From Patescibacteria group bacterium UBA4787 (GTDB lineage Bacteria > Patescibacteriota > Patescibacteriia > UBA2591 > UBA4787): a stretch of DNA of 64,000 bases. The notes beneath the pieces were generated by a model. It worked only from the letters and a program-made list of their open reading frames with translations, was not told the DNA's origin and searched no databases. Position numbers and translations under genes: made by a program. Shown piece by piece: positions 57,166-64,000 of the stretch. The DNA lies in NCBI GenBank assembly GCA_002402995.1, contig DHGX01000004.1, positions 246,019 to 310,018 of the forward strand, read 5' to 3'. How positions within the stretch are numbered: the first letter of the stretch is position 1; the number at the start of each line of letters is the position of its first letter.

Positions 57166-57285
57166 AGATCTTTCAAACCGCCGATAAAATTTCTTTGAAA
57201 TATCTCAAAAACATAAAAATAACAAAAAATAAAAATTATCTTATTTTTGGATTACAGAGATTATCGTTTAATATTATACCTCGTC

Positions 57286-57666
57286 TTATTTAACTTCTTT
57301 TGTCTGTTTTATAAATTTAATAATCTGGCTGTCGGAACTAAGGTCGGTCCACCAAAGAACCTGTTCTTTCAATAAATACAAAGTATTAGTTGGCTGAAAA
57401 GTCATATCGCTTAAGGGCAAGAGTTGATTTTCTGTCACACTCACTTTGTCTTGCTCTTTAACTAAAGCTGACGCATGCGGAAAATAATACACATCCGTCA
57501 TCTTCAGTCGGGGGAATAGATGGAGTTTACCAAAATAAATCTCACCACTGGTTAATTTAACCGCTTGATAATTTGAATTGTCGAAAGCTTTCTTGGTCAT
57601 AAAACCAAGGTAAATGATCAACAAAACTAAGACAATTAAAAATAAATAGCTCAAAATCTTTTTCAT
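57286..57666 (-). CDS. Hypothetical N-anchored protein (126 aa)
   Basis: ORF with N-terminal TM (ILSYLFLIVLVLLIIYLGF). No motifs. Confidence 0.3.
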   Translation of the reverse strand: MKKILSYLFLIVLVLLIIYLGFMTKKAFDNSNYQAVKLTSGEIYFGKLHLFPRLKMTDVYYFPHASALVKEQDKVSVTENQLLPLSDMTFQPTNTLYLLKEQVLWWTDLSSDSQIIKFIKQTKEVK

Positions 57667-57751
57667 ATGATTAATTAATTGTTATATAATTATTAGCAGA
57701 AAGAATGTTCGCAAGTTAGCTTATAACTAATCTTTATTATAACAAGGAAAT

Positions 57752-57790
57752 AACAAAAAATTAAGGGGGGATGTTGATAACCATCCCCAA
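57752..57790 (-). terminator. Candidate rho-independent terminator downstream of the prepilin peptidase gene
   Basis: On the minus strand, ccttggggatggttatcaacatcccccctt (7-bp GC stem ggggatg / catcccc) is followed by aattttttgttatttcc. Confidence 0.5.
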
Positions 57791-57934
57791 GGAAAAAATA
57801 AATAAGCCGATCCGACAATTAACTAAAGTAAAAAAACATTGCCCTGTCCTAAATCATTAGAGCAAGGCTGTGATAATTCAGTCTTATTAGAAAGAGCACG
57901 AGAATAGATTAATTTTTATCTACCCATGATTTGA

Positions 57935-58720
57935 TCATGACAATTTACAAATATTGAAATACCATTTTATTATTGAGTCGGCCCAGAATAAGGCAATAAA
58001 AGTTCCCATTGTTAAAAACGGTCCAAACGGCATCTGTGCCCCAACTTTTCTCTTTCGGGTTAATAACAAGAATAAACTTACGACCAATCCTATCGAATAA
58101 GCAAAGAAAATGGCAACAATAATATTGGGCCAACTTAACGCGAAGCCCATAAATAAACCAATGCGCGTATCACCCAAACCAATTCCTCTACCCTTGGTTA
58201 TTAAATATTGAAACAGAAAAAATAAAGCCGCGGCGGCGCCGGCCAATAGAAGCTTCCAAATTGTTCCGCCGATAATAATATTAACAATCAGAGATAAAAT
58301 CGCGACCGGAATAACCACTACGTCTTCAACTAAAAAATATTTTAGATCGTAAACAAAAATAAACAGCAAGGCGAATAAAATGACCCAGTAATTCAAAACT
58401 TTTAATAATTGATTTGTTGAATAACTGGAAAAGCCTAAATAACTAAAAGCAAAAACAAAAAGAACAGCGGTTGTTATCTCAACTAACGGATATTGCCAAG
58501 AAATCTTTTTTTTGCAGTAACGACAACGACCAATCAACATAATAAAACTTAAAATCGGGATTAAGTCACGCCAAGCCAAAACATGACCACAGTGCGGACA
58601 CTCTGAGCGTACATTTCCAACAATTGGCTTTTGATTATAAAGACGATATATCAGAGCATTCATAAAACTACCGATCGCCAGACCGAAGATGAATATTATA
58701 ACATAAACAAAATAAGACAT
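57935..58720 (-). CDS. pilD: Prepilin peptidase (A24 family, PilD/TadV-like)
   Basis: 261 aa. N-terminal zinc-binding CPHCGH...CRYCKK tetracysteine. Catalytic Asp-containing polytopic membrane domain (GLGDTRIGLFMGF). Confidence 0.85.
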   Translation of the reverse strand: MSYFVYVIIFIFGLAIGSFMNALIYRLYNQKPIVGNVRSECPHCGHVLAWRDLIPILSFIMLIGRCRYCKKKISWQYPLVEITTAVLFVFAFSYLGFSSYSTNQLLKVLNYWVILFALLFIFVYDLKYFLVEDVVVIPVAILSLIVNIIIGGTIWKLLLAGAAAALFFLFQYLITKGRGIGLGDTRIGLFMGFALSWPNIIVAIFFAYSIGLVVSLFLLLTRKRKVGAQMPFGPFLTMGTFIALFWADSIIKWYFNICKLS

Positions 58721-58914
58721 AGACTGTATTATATAGAAAAATCTTTAGTTAGCAACATTTTTTTATTAATGAAAAATTAATCTTAGAAAAATAAATAATT
58801 ACTAAATTAGCTCATTCGAAAATTAATGTCCGCCTTACTCCCTATGTCTCAAATAAAAGATGGCAATCTAACAGAAAATTTTGACTACTCAATATTAAAT
58901 ATAAGGCTAAAATA

Positions 58915-58950
58915 AAATACGGCGTTTTTGGCCGTATTTTATACAAAATT
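58915..58950 (-). terminator. Rho-independent terminator downstream of the pilin gene
   Basis: aaaatacggcgtttttggccgtatttt. 9-10-bp stem (aaaatacggc / gccgtatttt) with flanking T-run on the minus strand. The 17-mer aatacggcgtttttggc also occurs at 37746-37762. Confidence 0.55.
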
Positions 58951-58964
58951 TAATTCTTAGTTTA

Positions 58965-59471
58965 TTATAATCCTGTTGGCGTAGCGCTATGGAGACCCGC
59001 ACTCAATGAACCAGTTGCTGTGCCTATACAATATTGGATAGTGTAGGTCGTATTAGGGTCAGTAGAATTATAATAATACCCGGAGGCTGGACAATCACCG
59101 TCATTGGTTGGGGTAGGATTACTCGGTATTCTGGCTTCATAGATTATTCCAGAACAGTTTGTTGAAAAACCATTAGAGTCAAGGCAGTTACCTATTGTAC
59201 CCGGCGGTGTGCCAAGAAGGACATTATTACCAATCGGATAACTTCCAGCATCGATATAATACCTTTCTAAAGCAATTTGTATCTGGCGAATATCGTTCAC
59301 GCGCCTAGCGTCCCTTGCTTTAGCCCTGGCGCTATTTAAAGCTACGAGCGCAACAGCAATCATCAAACCGATAATGGCCACAACTACCAATAATTCAACT
59401 AACGTAAAGCCTCGTTTACTTTTTTTTATTTTCCTTATTGCTTTCTTTTTTGCCATAGATTTAGGTAACAT
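58965..59471 (-). CDS. Type IV pilin (class III signal peptide, PilA-like)
   Basis: 168 aa. A basic leader ends in KRG|FTLVELLVVVAIIGLMIAVAL (prepilin peptidase cleavage and N-methylation motif, Glu+5). C-terminal Cys pairs. An alternative start is the ATG at 59456. Confidence 0.8.
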   Translation of the reverse strand: MLPKSMAKKKAIRKIKKSKRGFTLVELLVVVAIIGLMIAVALVALNSARAKARDARRVNDIRQIQIALERYYIDAGSYPIGNNVLLGTPPGTIGNCLDSNGFSTNCSGIIYEARIPSNPTPTNDGDCPASGYYYNSTDPNTTYTIQYCIGTATGSLSAGLHSATPTGL

Positions 59472-59638
59472 TTACTTAATTTATTGTAGAATATAATTCT
59501 ACCATAAATACAAAATTTTTTATATATAAGGTTATCCACACCACGCCAAGCCATAGAAACATCATAACGTTGCAGTATTGTGGTATATATTTTTCTTGTT
59601 ATTTTTTTTGTTTTTTGTTAAAATATTATCATGTTAAA

Positions 59639-61156
59639 ATGTTAAACGATATTCTAATGAATAAATATCAACCGAATCTGATTGACGGAGTTAAAAAATT
59701 ACCGGAGATTTCTGATCAAGAATCCGTTAAAAGGAAAAATGTATTTCTAAGGCCTCTCAAAAATTTATTAAAAATTATCGCCGTTATTCTTGTGATCTGT
59801 GTATTTTTCTACACCAATACTATGTATTCTGGCAACGATCTTCTTCCCAATCTCGGTAAATTATCTTTTTGGGAAGGCATGGTAAGGCTGGCTATTAAAC
59901 ATGACAAATTATTAAAAGGCGAACTTTATAATCGCACTAATGTTTTAATTTTAGGAATGGGCGGCGTTGAACACGAAGGGCCCTATTTAACCGACACTAT
60001 TATTTTAGGTTCAATAAAGCCCCAAGAAAAACTTCTTAGTTTAATGTCCATACCCCGCGATCTTTATGTGCCTGTGCCTGATTATGGTTGGCAAAAAATT
60101 AACGCGGCCAATTCCCTCGGCGAAAATAACCATCAAGACGGAGGAAAACTAACCAGCCGGGTCGTAGAAAATATTTTAGACTTACCGGTCCACTATTGGA
60201 TCACTGTTGATTTTTCCGCTTTTAAAGATTTAATTGATATGTTAGGCGGCGTAGAAATTAATGTTGAACGCAGTTTCGTGGACACCCAGTTCCCCGGCCC
60301 TAATTATACCTATCGAGTAATTAGTTTCGAAAAAGGACTGCAACTGATGAGCGGTCAACGCGCCCTTCAATATGCTCGATCCAGACACGGTAATAATGAC
60401 GAGGGGTCTGATTTTGCCCGAGCTAAACGTCAACAAAAAATTATTTCTGCTATTTATAAAAAAATAGTGGAACAAAATATAGATTCTCGCCCACAAAAGA
60501 TTTTGCAACTTTATAATATTTTAAGTAATAAAATAACAACTAGTCTTGATTTCCCCGAGCTGATTAGATTGGCAAAAATTCTTAATGAAATAAATGAAGA
60601 AAAAATTATTAATTATGTTTATGGTGGTTCTCCGCACGGCCTTTTGTATGCCGATACTAATAACGTGGGCGCTTATGTTTTAAAAACCAAAAGCGGCAAT
60701 TTTAAAGAAATGGCCGAAATAGCCAAGAATATCTTTAACCAACAACCTTCGGCCACTACTGAACAAAAAGATAACAAAACAAGCTCAACTGATTCAAACA
60801 GTCAGCAGGGCGTGACTATTCCAGAAGTCGGCAATCTCCCCGTAATCGGCAGTAGCAATGACGATATTATCAATTATGATAACCGCATCGTAGTTCTTAA
60901 CGGTACGAACATTAATGGTTTGGCGGCCGCTACCAAGAAAAAACTGGAGACCGCGGGCTTAATTGTGCCAAAAATAGGTAATTCTCCCGTTAAAAGTTTT
61001 AGTGGCTCAATTATTTATACCAAAAACCCGTTATCTCCTTCTCTGGAAAAAATAAAACAAGTCATAAGTAATGTCTCGACTAAGACAGATATTCCCGATT
61101 ATTTAAATAATTATTTTCCAGATAAAGTAAATCACCTTCTGATTATAGTTAAATAG
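59639..61156 (+). CDS. LytR-CpsA-Psr (LCP) family cell-envelope phosphotransferase
   Basis: N-terminal TM, then LILGMGGVEHEGPYLTDTIILGSI...SIPRDLYV, the conserved LCP core. The ORF track start at 59570 is upstream of the first in-frame ATG, at 59639. Confidence 0.75.
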   Translation: MLNDILMNKYQPNLIDGVKKLPEISDQESVKRKNVFLRPLKNLLKIIAVILVICVFFYTNTMYSGNDLLPNLGKLSFWEGMVRLAIKHDKLLKGELYNRTNVLILGMGGVEHEGPYLTDTIILGSIKPQEKLLSLMSIPRDLYVPVPDYGWQKINAANSLGENNHQDGGKLTSRVVENILDLPVHYWITVDFSAFKDLIDMLGGVEINVERSFVDTQFPGPNYTYRVISFEKGLQLMSGQRALQYARSRHGNNDEGSDFARAKRQQKIISAIYKKIVEQNIDSRPQKILQLYNILSNKITTSLDFPELIRLAKILNEINEEKIINYVYGGSPHGLLYADTNNVGAYVLKTKSGNFKEMAEIAKNIFNQQPSATTEQKDNKTSSTDSNSQQGVTIPEVGNLPVIGSSNDDIINYDNRIVVLNGTNINGLAAATKKKLETAGLIVPKIGNSPVKSFSGSIIYTKNPLSPSLEKIKQVISNVSTKTDIPDYLNNYFPDKVNHLLIIVK

Positions 61157-61162
61157 TTATAC

Positions 61163-62590
61163 ATGCTCATAAATACAAACGAGAAAAAAAAGAAAATAAA
61201 TACAAAATCTGTCGTGATTAAAGTTTCGCTGATTGGCCGCGTTAATGTGGGAAAATCAACACTTTTCAATAAAATAATCGGCGAAGATCGCGCTTTAGTT
61301 TCTAAAATTGCCGGCACAACACGCGATCGCAATTACGCAGAAACCGAATGGAACAATAAAAGATTTACCCTAATCGACGCTGGGGGATTTTTTGACATCA
61401 AAATGCCTCATTTCGGCAAAAAAATACAACCACAAAGCCCTCAAGAAATTATTAACGAAGAAGTCAAAAAAAATATTATTAAAGCCACCGAAGAATCGAG
61501 CTTGGTTATTTTTATCACCGATATGCGAGGCGCGGCCAATCCAATAGATCGAGAGATTGCCAAATTTATTAAACAAAAAAAAATTCCTTATGTTTTTGTT
61601 TTGAGTAAGGTTGATTCTCCGCGCGATGTTAATATCGTTTTTAATCAAGAGTATTTAACATATGGACTGGGCGCTCCAGTGCCAATTTCAGCGGCAAGCG
61701 GTTTAGGAGTCGGTGATCTGCTCGATACTGTAACCAAGAAACTCGGACCGCAATCCGCCAGCCGACGGAATAAAGAAGAAAAAACGACAATCCGCCCATT
61801 CAAGTTAGCTGTTGTCGGTAAACCTAATGTCGGAAAATCCAGCTTAGTTAATTATTTATTAAAAGAAGAACGGGTGATTATTTCTCCGACTCCCCACACC
61901 ACGCGCGAGCCACAAGACAGCCTGCTCGCTGATCCACGCGGTCCGATTCTTTTGATTGATACGGTTGGCATCAGAAAAAAATCAAAAATAAAATTAGAGA
62001 TTGAAAGATTGGGAGTGAGAAGATCTTTAAAAATAATTGAACGAACCGATGTGGTTATACTTTTAGTAGATATTAATGAACCTATCGGACACCAAGAAAA
62101 AGCTTTAGCCAACTTTGCTGTTAGTAAGAACAAAGGGTTAATTATTGCGGTCAATAAAATTGATTTACTTAAAGAGGGCATAGAATCAATAATGAAACAA
62201 AAAATACTCTATTATCAAGTAATGCTACCGATGGCTTGGTGGGCGCCGATTATCTTTATTTCCATTAAAACCGGCAAGAATATAGATGTTCTAATAGATA
62301 TGGCGTGGCAAGTCAAAAAAAACCGTGAATATGAATTCGATGAAGAAATATTAGAAGAAGCTATCAATCAAATAGCCAGAAAAACCGACAATAAAAAATT
62401 AAGCAAATGTAAATTAACCCAAGTAGCCACGCATCCTCCAAAATTGATTATCCAAATTCATAAAAAAATGCTGGCTCGGAAATTAATCAACCCCGCCCAA
62501 TTTAATATGATTGAGAAATACTTACGCGAGAAAGCCCAACTTTGGGGAACGCCGATTAATATTTATAAGCAAGACATAAGTAACTACTAA
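61163..62590 (+). CDS. der: GTPase Der (EngA)
   Basis: 475 aa. Two tandem G domains (GRVNVGKSTLFN...DAGG; GKPNVGKSSLVN...DTVG) and a C-terminal KH-like domain. Confidence 0.9.
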   Translation: MLINTNEKKKKINTKSVVIKVSLIGRVNVGKSTLFNKIIGEDRALVSKIAGTTRDRNYAETEWNNKRFTLIDAGGFFDIKMPHFGKKIQPQSPQEIINEEVKKNIIKATEESSLVIFITDMRGAANPIDREIAKFIKQKKIPYVFVLSKVDSPRDVNIVFNQEYLTYGLGAPVPISAASGLGVGDLLDTVTKKLGPQSASRRNKEEKTTIRPFKLAVVGKPNVGKSSLVNYLLKEERVIISPTPHTTREPQDSLLADPRGPILLIDTVGIRKKSKIKLEIERLGVRRSLKIIERTDVVILLVDINEPIGHQEKALANFAVSKNKGLIIAVNKIDLLKEGIESIMKQKILYYQVMLPMAWWAPIIFISIKTGKNIDVLIDMAWQVKKNREYEFDEEILEEAINQIARKTDNKKLSKCKLTQVATHPPKLIIQIHKKMLARKLINPAQFNMIEKYLREKAQLWGTPINIYKQDISNY

Positions 62591-62594
62591 TTGT

Positions 62595-63137
62595 ATGCAA
62601 TCTATATTAATCGTTGGACTAGGAAACCCGGGAGAAAAATACGAATATAATCGCCACAACATCGGGCAGAGAATCGTTCAAGAATATGGCGAAAAATTCG
62701 GCCAGGGAAAATTTAAAATTAATCCAAAGTTATCGGCTTCACTAAAAACAATTGACCAACCTATTCAAAAAGTTTTTTTGGCTATGCCCACAACTTTTAT
62801 GAATGATTCCGGCGAAGCAGTTAAAAAAATGAAAAACTTTTTTAAGATAAAAACTGAAAACATCATTATCGTCCGCGATGACATAGACTTGGAATTCGGC
62901 AAAATTAAAATAAAAAAAGATAGCTCTTCCGGCGGACACCATGGCATTGATTCAATAATTGAAAATCTTAAAACAAAAAATTTTACCCAGATAAAAATCG
63001 GCATTAAATCTGAATATAAGATTCCTAAAGAAAAAATCCCCGACTTCGTAACAAGCGACTTTAACCGAAAAGAAAAAAAAGAATTGACGCAAACTATTGA
63101 ATCTGTAGTTAAAATGTTTGATTTAATCGCCCATTAA
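62595..63137 (+). CDS. pth: Peptidyl-tRNA hydrolase
   Basis: 180 aa. LIVGLGNPGEKYEYNRHNIG with catalytic His. Conserved D and N later in the sequence. Confidence 0.9.
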   Translation: MQSILIVGLGNPGEKYEYNRHNIGQRIVQEYGEKFGQGKFKINPKLSASLKTIDQPIQKVFLAMPTTFMNDSGEAVKKMKNFFKIKTENIIIVRDDIDLEFGKIKIKKDSSSGGHHGIDSIIENLKTKNFTQIKIGIKSEYKIPKEKIPDFVTSDFNRKEKKELTQTIESVVKMFDLIAH

Positions 63138-63190
63138 AGTAAAGCCATGGATAAACAATTTCGCCAATAAAAAAATATAAAATCACATTA

Positions 63191-63220
63191 AAAAAGAGCT
63201 TATGGACCAAGCTCTTTTTT
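63191..63220. terminator. Bidirectional rho-independent terminator between pth (+) and the Asp/Asn-tRNA ligase gene (-)
   Basis: aaaaagagcttatggaccaagctctttttt. 7-bp stem agagctt / aagctct flanked by A-run and T-run. Confidence 0.65.
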
Positions 63221-63256
63221 AATGTTGTCTATAAATAATTAATAACGAGAAGATAA

Positions 63257-64000
63257 TTATGGAGTTAAGCGATTTATTAGCCTAGGAAAAGGAATGGTTT
63301 CGCGAATATGATGAATGCCACAGATCCAGGCAGTTAATCTCTCTAAACCATAACCAAAACCCGCGTGCGTCACGCTGCCATAACGGCGCAAATCTAAGTA
63401 CCACTGATAGGGCTCAATCGGCACATTGTATTCTTTGAAACGTTTTATTAATGTTTCGTAATCGTCTTCTCTTTGCGAACCGCCGATAATTTCACCATAT
63501 CCCTCGGGCGCTAAAAGATCGCTATTCATTGCAACTTTATCGTTTAGAGGATCTCGCTTCATATAAAATGGCTTGATAGTAACCGGATATTTTTCCACGA
63601 ATATCGGTTTTTCGTGCTGACGCGAGATAATCGTCTCTTCGTCGACGCCGAAATCATCGCCCCACTTCATTCCACGTCCCTGCTTCTGCAAAATATCAAC
63701 TGCCTCGGTATAAGTTATTTTATCAAATGGAGTTTCAATTTTTTCTAAAGGTTTGATGTCTCGTTCTAAAACTTTTAATTCTTCTTGATTGTCTTTGAGG
63801 ACGCGCTTAACAATGCTCGTGATTAAATTTTCCTGAATTGTCATATTGTCTCTGTGATTGGAAAAAGCCATTTCCGCATCCATCATCCAAAATTCGGTTA
63901 AATGACGCCTAGTTTTTGATTTTTCGGCGCGAAACACCGGACCAAAATCAAAAACACGGTTATGAGACATAATCGCCGCCTCAATATAAAGTTGCCCTGA
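63257..64000 (-). CDS. Class IIb aspartate/asparagine--tRNA ligase, C-terminal catalytic part (N-terminus beyond the window edge); probably AspRS
   Basis: [28 protein letters not shown] (motif 2), [15 protein letters not shown] (motif 3). The C-terminal ...[10 protein letters not shown] resembles the archaeal/eukaryotic-type AspRS terminus. GatCA in the same window would allow a non-discriminating AspRS. Confidence 0.7.
   Translation of the reverse strand, partial: SGQLYIEAAIMSHNRVFDFGPVFRAEKSKTRRHLTEFWMMDAEMAFSNHRDNMTIQENLITSIVKRVLKDNQEELKVLERDIKPLEKIETPFDKITYTEAVDILQKQGRGMKWGDDFGVDEETIISRQHEKPIFVEKYPVTIKPFYMKRDPLNDKVAMNSDLLAPEGYGEIIGGSQREDDYETLIKRFKEYNVPIEPYQWYLDLRRYGSVTHAGFGYGLERLTAWICGIHHIRETIPFPRLINRLTP

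Noticed and set aside
1-64000. Possibility of an alternative genetic code (UGA recoded), as in some ultra-small bacteria.
   Set aside because: TGA, TAA and TAG each terminate long, well-conserved genes at the expected length (for example mreC ends with TGA, radA with TAA, leuS with TAG). No conserved protein is interrupted by in-frame stops.

Overview
The window is AT-rich (roughly 35-40% GC), densely coding, and uses the standard genetic code: TGA, TAA and TAG all terminate long conserved genes. About 80% of genes are on the minus strand. The housekeeping content is typical of a reduced genome. It includes mrdA-mreD-mreC, radA, rsmA, recJ, rnhA, greA, cvpA, fpg, lgt, gatC-gatA, ligA, der, pth and rplU. 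There are seven aminoacyl-tRNA synthetases: leuS, serS, lysS, metG, glyS, a class IIb Asp/Asn-tRNA ligase, plus the GatCA amidotransferase. Type IV pilus and competence genes are scattered: pilM, a prepilin peptidase, a pilin and comFC. The biosynthesis-poor gene set and the 'four-helix-bundle' gene suggest a CPR/Patescibacteria-like bacterium, but that is inference only. The most unusual region is a roughly 23 kb minus-strand locus at 4127-27271 built around a VirB4/TrbE-family ATPase. It contains two paralogous TrbC/VirB2-like pilin-fold proteins with large Cys-rich C-terminal extensions, one of which carries a C39-like papain-fold peptidase domain. It also contains a VirB6/TrbL-like polytopic membrane protein with a long coiled-coil tail, several proteins of unknown function, and a 3103-aa Cys-rich secreted giant protein with CBM-like jelly-roll modules. 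No relaxase or VirD4 coupling protein is present in the window. Inside this locus sits a small 'four-helix-bundle protein' cassette, and a second internally deleted copy of the same cassette lies 3.5 kb away. I also found several families of dispersed non-coding repeats. One is a roughly 139-bp element with 20-bp terminal inverted repeats, placed immediately upstream of recJ and of glyS, with shorter hairpin relatives elsewhere. One is a set of GC-rich CCGCCAG(C/A)TGGCGG palindromes. One is AGCGAGCG direct repeats flanking AT hairpins. One is a C-free purine-rich TAGAAAGTAGAAAATAGAA word family in gene leaders. A tRNA-Val (anticodon CAC) lies next to a tRNA 3'-end-like fragment.
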